Source: Takakia lepidozioides
Taxonomy: Eukaryota > Plantae > Bryophyta
Assembly (NCBI GenBank): GCA_030704615.1
Contig: CM060732.1
Span: 72,416,001-72,480,000, forward strand
DNA: 64,000 bases
Reading direction: 5' to 3'
The notes beneath the pieces were generated by a model, which worked only from the letters and a program-made list of their open reading frames with translations, had not been told where the DNA came from and made no database searches. A program made the translations under genes and the position numbers. Each line of letters begins with the position of its first letter. Position 1 is the stretch's first letter. Shown here one piece after another: positions 1 to 11,130 of the stretch.

Positions 1-359
1 TTCCAGCCTATGCGGTTTATTTGGCCTGGCCCTTCACAGTTCGCGACGATCCAACATGCATCAATATTTTCAGTCACTGAGCGAGCTCATTCCATTTGCA
101 TGTGCAACGCAACAAGTGTCTTTACAGAAGAAGATGAAACAGAATGCCATGAAACGTCATGAAAACAGACGCATTCTTACACTCAGCATACTGCAATGTC
201 ATTGTGGCCAAGCAAGAAAAAATGGAATCGTCATAAGAAGACATCTGAATTTCCGCCTGCCGCATCCTCATCAGGATGTGTACAATTGCCTCTTTGCATT
301 CGTTCGTTCAGGCACAGGTGGCAGATGACGCTTTCTACCGCGTGCCTCCAGAATTCCTT

Positions 360-3103
360 CTATCTCACAAGTGAGTTGGTGTTTCCATCGTCAACCTCAA
401 TGAGAGTGGGGTCGTCTTGGGGATGATGAATACCCTCCTCCATTGTGGACGTCAAATCGCAAATTTTCCCTTTGGCTGCTCGAACCCTAACAAGAAGGTG
501 TTGCTGTAAAACCGTGCTCTGTCTGGTCATGTCGAGAATCCGCTCGAACTCAGTTGATATCATTCCCAACAATGGCAGTCCTGGACTTTTCTGAGACGAA
601 TATGGTGATGAGTTGTGTGTGGAAGGAAGGGGAGGCGCTTTGGAGCGCATTGATGTGGGTGATTGCGGTGGTGCAAACAGGCTATGAAGGCCTCCTCTGC
701 TGCTGCCAATAAGGCTTCCACAATATTTTGCTATGGTGCCATCTTCCAAGTTGGGGTGCATCATTTGCAAAACCTTCACCTGATGTGCACACATATTCCC
801 TTTGCGGGCATGACGACAATCGCAACACCCCCAGTTGGACTGTGGATTGTGAACCGTATAAGTAGTCCCGTCATCCCAAATACATTTGACAGTTGCGATG
901 CCCCTTCTGTCTGCGGAAGGTTGACGGAATCTGTTTGGCAAGCAAAATAGAGCTATAGACGAAGCCTTCGAGTCGCTTATTACGGATGAAGCCATATGTT
1001 TTGGCATAGGACATATACCAGTAATGAGTGAGCAAATCACCTGTGAGTTCATGAATGAGCCAATCGACTCGTCTACTGACCAGTTTAGTCTTTGTGCATT
1101 TCAGCTGTGCCTTCAGATTTCCATGATAAGCTTCAATGGCGGCATTTGTGTCTTGTCTTGCGTGTGGAATGTTGCGAGAACCCAATGTCCACATCTTAGC
1201 TTCAGGAACCCACTCCTGCTCCAAGTTGTCACAAAATCCACTTAGAGTGGGGTACTTGAAATGCAAATTCACAAGTTCGCACACCGCCCATGCTTCACCT
1301 ACGTCGCCCTCGTTTTTTGACGCACTATACATGATTTTAGACATGTCTTGCATGACACATGCACGCAAATCTGCATCTTTGATCTTAGACACAACATTCT
1401 TTTGCCATGCTCTCCTCACATGCCAAAGGTATAGAAATACTGCAGGCTGCCCCCACATGGCCCTGACATAGAAAGACATGTGAGAACATTATAATGTGGA
1501 GAAGTGCAGAAAACCTCGGAGTTTCAAAGAGGTGTGAATTGACAATCACCTGATTGCTTTTATTTCAGCATCTGCGTCATCAACAATGAAAGCATGTGGG
1601 CACCATCCTGCCTAGTCACCCTGAAGCTTCCCGTTCAGTGCAGACATCCATGGCTCCAAATCGATTGCCTTTGATCTCGCTGTGATGATGAATGCAACTG
1701 GGATTCCATTCAACCACTGGTCGAATACCATCATGGTGTATAGCGGGTACTACATAAACAACAGTCAATGTACAACAATTCAGGCAAGTTTGAATGGAGA
1801 AAGATCTGAGGAGGACCTTTGTACAATGTGGGGATGCAATATGGCAAGTACACCCTAAACTTGACTTCAACGATTGTAATGAAGAAAAAACAGAGATCAC
1901 ACCTTCTTCCCATTGGTTCCGAAGGTGGCGTCGCAAGCGACAATTCTATGATGGCCAAATTTCAACATTTGATCTCGCTTCCACACTGTTTGTATGCCAA
2001 GAACGAATGGAAGATCAAGCTTGATGTCACTGGATGTCCAAGCCTTGTGGTTCTTTTCTTCTTGGTAGTAGAAAACATTGGCCATATTTTCATGCACCCA
2101 CATGCGGACACTCTGGGCATCATTTGGGTGTTTTCTGAATGTCTCTTCATCGCATAGCGTCGCAAAATTGCGTATGTCTTGGGAGAGGAGAAAAGTGTCA
2201 CGGTTGACGTCCAACCCTTGCTCCATCAACTCCTTCACTCGCATGGTGTGCTTGGCCATTATCTTGTTCATGCTTAGCCCAAGACGCAAATTGTGCAAAA
2301 TCCATGACTTCATGTCATCACTAAGATGGGGAGCCATTGCACTTCGGTTCAACTAACATGAAGGTCCGTGGCATATCTCACCTCTTCCATTTATATGTTG
2401 TTTCTCATGATAAACTATCTCCGCCATAGCAGGGTCCAGGTAGCATTGTTTGACAACAAATCGGCACATGCAACCCTTCTCCTGTTTTGTTGTTTGTAGT
2501 CCTTACTTGTTTTGGTTTTTGTCCTTTGGATTGCGGCCCTACTCTAGGCTTCCTCCCCCTTTTCTTGGCTGGACCTGCACGCCATTTTTTGGCACGCATA
2601 ACATCTGTTATCTCCACAGTGTTTTGGGTATTGTCTTGTGGGCCATAGGCGCAGTGATACATAGGAGCGGTTCTAAAAGGCCACTCATGTTTTTGGCATA
2701 GGTAAAGCAGAAGTGCATGGCTAGTGGGATTGGACACAACCTATATAGTGGGCAGCATTCATTTCATTTTTCATGAATCATGAATTCATACCTTGTAATG
2801 TTCATGGCACTATTGATGCGTGGTGCCTGAAGACTCCCAGCAGGGGTGCCCTTTTGTCGATGACTTCGGAAGGTGCATGGGGCCTCTTTCAGGGAGGACT
2901 CACCAGCAATGAAGTCGACCACCCGATTCCAAGGGATATATGCAATTTCAGCTGTGTTCTGATCATGTGTCTGTCCATGCCATTGGGACCTCCATTGCAC
3001 GTCATGGTGTGTGAAAGTACCTGTCTTTTGGTGTTTGTAGCAGACCTTGCAGTTTACAAAGAAGGTGGGGCAAAATTTTGCCATCTTCAACCACTTCAGC
3101 CAT
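360..3103 (-). pseudogene. Decayed intron-containing Mutator-like (MULE) DDE transposase gene with N-terminal zinc finger and C-terminal SWIM finger
   Basis: Spliced by eye: KGCMCRFVVK...H...CHG zinc finger; first D in VACDATFGTN, then an intron, then YPLYTMMVFD; second D in FIVDDADAEI; YLWHVRRAW (CxxH position); E in TNAAIEAYHGNLK; SWIM CCDC-x7-CAH. In-frame TAG stops near 2353 and 1612 and frameshifts near 930 and 3025. The other end of the element lies outside the window. Confidence 0.85.
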
Positions 3104-3802
3104 GCTTACACAAACAAGATCCTTCTGAGTTTGTTGTTGTCTTCTTTCGCTGCCCTATCCTGCCACAAACGTCGTACTCTTTTATTCTGCTGGCAGATTA
3201 TGGCATGTATAGCTGGTATATTTATGCATCAGACAACAAATTGCACCCTATGAAAGCACCAACTTCTTTATGTGGGCCAAACATGCACACAATTGCAATT
3301 TACTATGGAATGCTTCATGAACAACTGGTGCAAGATACAACAACAATTCGATTTAGAATGTGAATGCAGAGTGACAGGGTAGGGACACGTTTCGGAAGCA
3401 TGGAGAGAACGGAAATGCACGATGAGGGTAGCAAAACCCTCGATTGGGGTGGCAGTGTATGTGACCACGTGGCGTATATCTGAACGTCCATTCGTTTCCT
3501 CAGATTTGCCATTTGGAATTTGAATTCCCGTCAGAATGATTTTGAAACAGGGCATAATGTATGCTTAGGATACCATGTATGCTTGGGATAGCATGTACTA
3601 TGGGGGATGGACGACGATGGCATGCCCAGGATGGGAGGCGGGATGGGGATGCGGGTGAGGACACGTCTCATGTCCCCAGCGGGCACATGAGGCGCGGGGA
3701 GGCGTGCCGCGCGGTGTGCGGCGACGGAGGGGGGGGGGGGTTCCACGCTGGCTGAACCGGCTCCCTCGCATTCAACTCCAGGCCCCATCTAATGCTTGGC
3801 GG

Positions 3803-4013
3803 GGGTAATGCCCTGAGTGGAGGGCAACTCAGGGCATTCCCAGATTTAGGGGCCCGACGGTAGCCCAAGGGGAAGGCCCAAAAATCCAGGAATGCCCAAC
3901 ACCCGGGGCATTACCCTGAGTAAAGAAATGCCTTTAAAAAAAAATAAAAATCTAATGGCCTGTGCGGCATTCTGCATTTCGGAATGCACTCGAGGGAGGT
4001 GATGGGTGCATTC
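3803..4013. repeat. Hairpin plus repeated AATGCC/GGCATT motifs (probable MULE subterminal region)
   Basis: 12-bp perfect stem AATGCCCTGAGT / ACTCAGGGCATT with an 8-nt loop at 3807-3838; about 8 copies of AATGC(C/A) in alternating orientation upstream of the transposase. Confidence 0.5.
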
Positions 4014-4129
4014 CGATGAATTCTGCTTTTCAACGGCACGATAAATACATTTTTTTTTTGACAGTGCTTCACCTAATACAAACAACCCACGAGGCGACGA
4101 TTCCAGTTATTATCATTGGACCGCATTAG

Positions 4130-5370
4130 TAACATGTAATTTGGACCATGTTACAAGTTACAACATCAACCAGACTGTTTTTGAGAAAGCAACCCTCCAG
4201 CCACTTCTCCGGGTAGCTATTTTTCGGGTCATTTGATGAGGAGAGAACTCAAATGACAAAAAAAAAAGGAAAAAAAAAGAAAAGATCAACCTTTCTGAGA
4301 AAACGATATATTGTATAAAGGGAGGCTCACTTGGGAGGTGAATTGGTATGAGACCTGCCCACAGTCGCAACACCTGCGTGATGATACTGTGTTGGTTTCT
4401 TGTCGTTGTGCAGGTCAGGCAGGCAGCAGACGTGTTCGGGATAAGAATGCCGAGGCCTCGCTGGCACTGGATTGTCACTGCAGAATGTCAAATCCCTCTA
4501 TGTAACTTACTGCTCACAGGCTCAGTGGAGGGTGTGCTGTGCTTGTTGCCGCGCTGGTAGAGTATCACAGTGACCCCTTCATCAAATTTGCTGAGTATCA
4601 TAGTAATCAACTTCCCGGGAGGACGATTCAAGAGGTTGACTTCCCTTTGCTTGTGGGGTTTTACTTCTGCACTTACAGATCCTTCTTCATTTGGGTCTTT
4701 TACAATAAGGCTTTAGAGGGTTTTGATGAACTGAAGAGAGTTTAGTACAAGACTGGCACAGTCTACAACGATGGAAGTGAAAAAAACAACCTGTTGCTTG
4801 CTTATCCATCACATGCATCTCATTCCATGGTTCTCAAGTGCAAGGGATATCAACATTGTTGATCAACTTAAAGTGAGTAAAGAGGTGATGATTCCTATTA
4901 TTAGTACTGCTAATCTACAGTGAGAGGAGAAAATAGCCTCTTTGAACTAACCTTGTTCAATTTGGACTTGGTCCTGTCACTGTCTTATTCGGTGTGACAT
5001 TTGTGTGCAGCTTAGTGCTTATCTTATGCCCATTGGGCGTTTGTATCTCTCGCCCCCAATTAACATACAATGCGGACTACGTTAGGAGTTTGAGTTTCAG
5101 GGAAAGCAGTCCTTCAGCTACTTTTCCGAGCGAAATTTTCGTCATTTGATGCTGATGAATCCGTTCACAAGATCAACCTTTCTGAGATATCGATTAAGTT
5201 TATACCCGATGCAAAGGGAGGCTCAGCTGGGCAGGTGAAGTGGTATGAGACCTGCCCACATTCACAAAACCTGCATGAACGGATACACACAACACATGCG
5301 TTGGTTCGTTGTCGTTGTGCTGCAGGAGGTCTTTGCGATGAAAGATTCCCAGAGATGTCAACTCTCTCAC
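4130..5370 (+). repeat. Diverged direct duplication of about 300-370 bp (about 4130-4500 and 5061-5370)
   Basis: Both copies share AAGATCAACCTTTCTGAGA, AAAGGGAGGCTCA, TGGTATGAGACCTGCCCACA and TTGTCGTTGTGC in the same order. Confidence 0.75.
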
Positions 5371-6328
5371 AATGAATGTGCTGAGTCGGATTGCTATCGA
5401 TTTCCACGATTTCCAGAGTGTTTTGTACGAAGACCAGTGTAACTTTCACTGAATCTTCAGTAGAACTGCGCACAGAAAGAGCCCAGGAACCATTCTCTTG
5501 GTGAGCGGCAGGTCTCATACTGCTCGTCTTCATGGGCACTAGCTAGTTGTGCAAGGAAGCTCCAGTGTGGCTTCCCAAGCCTGGGGAGTAGGCCATAGCT
5601 TTTTCCATAGCAATTTCAAACACTTCTGCAGGAGCGATCCACAGGGTAGCTCCCACACATGTCAGTGCCTTGTTGAGTGAACACATGGATGCCTAGGTTG
5701 GTGGGCAGCTACCTGATGTGGACAATCTGCATGGCTGGCCAACTTCTTTGTGCTTTGGAAGCCCCCATGAGTTTGGTGTGACAGAATGACCGAGCAAAAA
5801 TGCTGACTTGCATGAAAAGTGACTGATTGATAAGATGTATGGTCAGAGGGTGGAATCGGCCCAGGGCTCGAGTCTGCAACCCATTAGTACTACAAGACTG
5901 CAAAAGTCAATTCAGATAAATTTACTGTAATGCAACGCAATGGGATGATCTCCATCTTCCTGAAGAGAATTGTCCCAAGTCAATTGTAAGTCAATACTTA
6001 GTGACACAAACTCTGACTGCCCTACCAGTCAAGTGTGCCTTGCTGGGTGACCAGGCACAACTTGGGCACTGCAAGGAACCCAGTCTGGGGACTTTGCAAG
6101 TACCTGCAAGGACCCAAATGGCTGACAACCTACTTACGAAGTAGAATGATGGAACTGAGTTGAGCAAAGAGCATCTTACTTCTGTCAAACTTACTTTACA
6201 GAGACCAACTCATATTACAATATAGAGACAATTTGATTGCCAAGTCAACTCACTCCGCAATCCAATAGATCAATCATGGGGTTGGGTGGCCCCAACTCAG
6301 TCCAGCTTACTGTATGATGCATGATCAG

Positions 6329-9300
6329 CTAAGTGGCATCCTCTACAGTGGATATTTGTACGGGGAGAGACCGATTGGTAGTCTCACCTAATCTCACCAA
6401 TGAGGGTGATTTGGGTCCGCGTGCATATTCTATTACCATAGGCTTTCCTTTAAGATTATAACCATTCACCAGCTTTAGTGCCTGACCCGCTGTCTCCACA
6501 TCTGCAATCAATTTCAAGGCAAACACAATTTGAATGATGCATTTAGCAGAAAATATTCCATTCAGAGGGATACATGACAATGTACATATTTTCGGATCTA
6601 CCTTTCCAAGACTATATAGATGGAGTCCATGCAAGTATTTGTTAGAAAAGTGGAACTACCATGTAAATGTGTCTTAGTTGTATCTCAATAGTTCTAGTCT
6701 GTACTATGATAAGCGATCTCATACCCCGCGCGTCTTCGCTTGGCAAATTTTTGACTGATTTCCTGATCACCCACAAGCGCATACACTACCAGAAGGCACG
6801 GAAAATTTCATGTTCGCACAACATAAACAGAAGTTCCCACTTGTGGGAGGGTCACATCTGTGCTGACCAAAGGAATAGCTTCCAGATGGCCCTATGACCA
6901 CAGCCTGCCACGTCAGTGTCTAGGGGTGTAAGCAAATGTGCTGCAACGTGTTTTGTGTGATAGTTAGGCTTGGTGATGCAGTCAAAGGACCTAAATAAAG
7001 CTGTGACTGTGCGAGCGATAGGTCTTAAGTGGTCTGAAGACTCCTTATCATAAAGCAAACAAAGCCACTGCCTCCCAATCATAAGTTCCAGTGTCAGTTA
7101 AAACACATCCCCAGAAGACATACATATAGCCACTAACATCAGTCAGGATATGCAAACATCATACCAACCTACTCTAAAAATGCAAACAAAAAGGACTGTG
7201 TGCATCAACCCCAACTGTATGCTCAAAATGCATGGAATCAAACATCAATCCACAGATCCTTGACCCTCCCAAAACCATATCGGCAGAGCTCAGGCAAGGC
7301 TGCCTACCAGGAAAAGTGACAAATGCCTGGCCTTTCATACGCCCACGTTGCATCAACCGAAACACAAACTGCTGCCCTCCACTCCTTTGAAATCGTATGA
7401 ACAGCGCTTTCAAGTCCGATTCTATGACTCCCGGCACCAGGTTTTTTATATACAGAGTCTGTGTCAATTTTGGCAAATAAGTCAATTGAGAAGTCATGGT
7501 TTGAGCAATCAGCATCTACCACTGAGAAGTACTACTAGACAGTCTCAGTAATCAGCATCTACCAATTACAGTAGTACATGGACAATCTTCATAGGTAAGA
7601 CATCACTTGATGAGCACTCAAGCCCACGGTTCTTTGACATGATAATGATCAGGGTTATCATATGGAGAATGTGTACATTAGAGGGGTCACCAGGCGCGTA
7701 GTTTGCAAACTTCCCTCCGGGCAACTGCCGTATATCCTCCTCCCCCAACTGACTAGCACGAATCTCTTCTTCGGACACCTCCCTTACACACTCCTCCATA
7801 GAACTCTCTGTCTCCGGTGCCTCTATTGTGTTGGCAGACTTGGATCTTGCACCTGTGCAAGAAAGCACATCCCTTACTGCTGTTGGAGACATAGTAGCCC
7901 TGGAGAGAGCCTCCTGCTGTCTCTGCTCCAGATAGGTGTACATGTCGAGCACTGGAGGGGCTGGGCTTGCAAAAACTTCAGCAGCCGTTCGGGGAGCATC
8001 CTCTTCCGCCATGCATCTGGCTCGTTCCTAGTTAATCACATTCTTGTCAGCACCCTAGAACAACCCAATTGGCGATTATGATAATTGCAGGTTTGTGGTG
8101 TATGTCACCAACCATGGTCAACCCAGCTATCAAAAGGGAGGTCATAGGGTCACTGCTGACGTAATGTGTGGGTACTTGGTGCTTTCAAGTTCTTTGGGGA
8201 GGGTTGCGCCAACCAGGCTGCCCCAATTGTGGCCGTTAGAAGGTCTCTCCACTGTCCAAAGGAAAGGCAGTAGCCCCTTAGGGTGAAGAGAACCATAATT
8301 TAAGCTTCCTTCACCATGAGGCCACCTTTTCTCCTGGTAAAAGCAAAGAGACAAGCCTTTGCCAATGGAAGGGATGCCACATGCGTGATAAGTTACGATC
8401 AGAGATCACATAATCTGAAAACTTTTGCAAGATGCAGATTTTGACCCCAGGAATTGGCACTGGCATGAGGAAGGAGTTACCTCCATTCACCTAATTAGTG
8501 CTGAATTGCAGGAGTGCCCCATAGGCTTGTGTGTGTGAGAGAGGGTGGTTTGCTTACTTCTGGAGTAGTTCCCTTGCACAGCTCACTCTGCTCAACTTCT
8601 CCCAACAATGGCTTGCGACCACCAGTGCCTGCTATCCCCAGCACATGCAAACAGTAATCTTTGTATTTTGGCAAAATTTCCTCTACTACAGTGCCTATTG
8701 ATGCTTGTAAGAATCATTTTGTCAAATTCTTACAAAGTCGTACAATTAGCAGCTAATTTCACTGCCACTCAATAACACGTAAGGGTTTCATGCACTCAAT
8801 CCTTCCAAGATGTCAATGACAGAAAGCTATCAGATAAATACCGTCTGAACTGAGGTGCGCAATGCCATGCAGCCTGTCTTTGCTCTGCGGCAGTGAGGCC
8901 TCCAGCTCTTCTGCATGCCTTCCTCGCTTTGGCTGCCCTCTCTGTGTGTCGCTGCCCCGCTCTCTTTCCAGTGCAGCTAGTTGCTGCTGCTCTACTTCTA
9001 TTCTTTGTATAAATGCTGGGTGTGCACCATATCTCTTGCGCTTGAATCCTGCCTACATGTTAGAATGTTGTTAGCAGTCATGACACGGAGGTCAGCAGAA
9101 GAACAATGTCTGCGCCCCAGAACTAGGAGAATCAAGCCAAAATGTTGTTCATGCTTGCCAGCAAGATGTCAGCAGCTCTATCAAAGGCACAAATGTTCAG
9201 CGAGCCCATACCTTTTCAGCAGAAGTACAAGGCACAGACAAAGCCCGGTTTTCGGCAACTTTTAGAAAATGGTCCCTGTTCAAGCCACAGGGCACCCATG

Positions 9301-10875
9301 AAGTTTGACAGATGCATGATGTAAACCCCCTTCTCATCGGGGAGGGGGGGGAGAGAGTCTTCCTTTGAACAATAAACAGATACAGAGAGGAAAGAGAGAT
9401 TGTCAATGCCGGATGTGAGGGCGGCCTGAGGAAAATATCTAAAATCTGATACAATGCCCAGGGTTGTCTCAGCAGAGAGCGATTCCCTTCAGGACCGTCA
9501 AGAACATAGTCCCTGCACCTCTGTTTACCACCTATGCTGAGCCTAAGGACTTGGCCCTGTTGGGGTCTAATTGCTGGGCAGCTCACGCATAGCAGATTGA
9601 TGCTTGTGTGAAGGGCTTTCTAGAGGAAATCTGGAAAGCCCAAACTAATTGTTTATACCAAGGTAAGTCCCACAACTGGAGCGAGCCCCTCACAAGTAGT
9701 CTCTGTTCCTTCTTGTTCTGCCCAAACTGGGCAAGGGACAATGGCCACAAGGCTATGCAAACAACATCTTATGAGTACGTCAGAAGCCAAGTGTGTCATT
9801 GAACAGAAACGGAGGGGAGGAGGTATACACACTTGATTTCAGCATCCGACAAGCCCTTCGACTGCAGTAGATCACGAAGGGCCCAAGCTTTCTCATCAGC
9901 CTGTCTTTGTCGCAAGGAAAGTTCTCGAAATTCGGCCAGGCTTGCCACGCCGGCTGATGCATGGCCAATGCATCGCATACTCTCTGTGGCCTCCTTGAAG
10001 TCCACTTGCTCCAGTCTGGGTCAATATGCTCTTTTTGTCAGACTGTTGATTTCCATTACGAAATGCCAAAACAACACTCTACTACCTAGAGTGTGGTGCA
10101 ATTTGCAGCTGCAACAAGGTTACTTTGCCAGAACATCCAATAACCAGGATTTCCCAGCCCACATTTCTGACTTGACGCTGACTCCATTAAGTGGAGACAA
10201 GTGCCCATGAACACATGGAGCAGCAAACCTCCCCCGACTGTTGCGAAAATGTATCCATTGTATGAACCTCACTTCAGTCTGCTTGAGGCTAGAAACAACA
10301 TTGACCACATGAGGGAACTTGGGATTTTAGTGACAAGAATTGATGTGCAGGATAATATCTGGATGACAATCACACAAAATAGTGAACTTTTAATTATCTA
10401 TCAGATCATACATTGTAGTACATGTGCCAAAAAATTTTCCATGACTTTCTAGCTATGTCAGCCACAAAATTCACGTGCCTACAATCTCCTAATGCATAAT
10501 TCTAGCAGGAAATTTATACAGATGTCTTGCACTGAACTATGTTTACCATACACATGTGGCATTAGATCCTACACCAGGTTTGTGCAGCGATTCCAGGCCT
10601 GCTGCTCTACCCCTATGAATGGACAGATGGGATTCTCTCAATGGTTTTACTGCCCCTCGCACTGTCAAAGGGAGAAGAAGAAATTTCACAATTCTCAAAA
10701 AGACTTGCTGCTTGCATACGGTCGTACTTTGGTTTCCAACAAGCGGTGCTGTTCTACAGCAAGAAAAGAGGGTTCCACACCTGCCTGTGGTGGAAAGCTG
10801 TTTCTCCAGCAGCTGCTGCAGGGTAACCTCTGCTTGTGATTTGACGGGCGGGCCCCCTTCCTGACAGGCCGCCAT
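6329..10875 (-). CDS. RBM41: RBM41-like RNA-binding protein (U11/U12-65K paralogue; single C-terminal RRM), about 8 exons
   Basis: Phase-consistent GT-AG exons (10875-10781, 10015-~9833, ~9276-9212, ~9052-8842, ~8633-8539, ~8027-7677, 7458-7308, 6501-6329). The N-terminus AEVTLQQLLEKQLSTT...AGVASLAEFREL...GLSDAEI and the RRM EEDIRQLP..FANYAPGDPSNTLYIKNL..SDLKALFIRFQ..FRLMQRGRMKGQAFVTFP..ALKLVNGYNLKGKPMVIEY match my recollection of animal RBM41. Confidence 0.8.
9420..9778 (+). mobile_element. 3' fragment of a non-LTR retrotransposon (LINE) in intron 2 of the RBM41-like gene
   Basis: QIDACVKGFLEEIWK and the 3' end GGCCACAAGGCTA...TCTTATGAGTAC are shared with copies at 18514, 51270 and 56066. 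Confidence 0.75.
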
Positions 10876-11130
10876 GATGCGTCCCAAGTCTCAACCGAGC
10901 TCCCAGATCACACGAACAATGCGCATCCGGCCTTGAGAATCCTCGCCATGCTCCTCTCGTTTTCACTTTGCCCTAACCCTAATGGATGTCGTCGTAAATG
11001 AGGAGGGATATCCATACACTTGGAGCTGAACTATCAACCACGATGAGCATTATTCATCCATAGACCGGATGCTACATCCAGAGATCGCTGCAGGAGAGAG
11101 AGAGAGAAAAGACAGTGAGTGGAGGAGACG
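10876..11130. promoter_or_regulatory. Probable bidirectional promoter between the RBM41-like gene and the AKR gene
   Basis: Only 255 bp separate the divergent ATGs; telo-box-like CCCTAACCCTAA near 10971 and a GA-rich leader before the AKR ATG. Confidence 0.55.
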
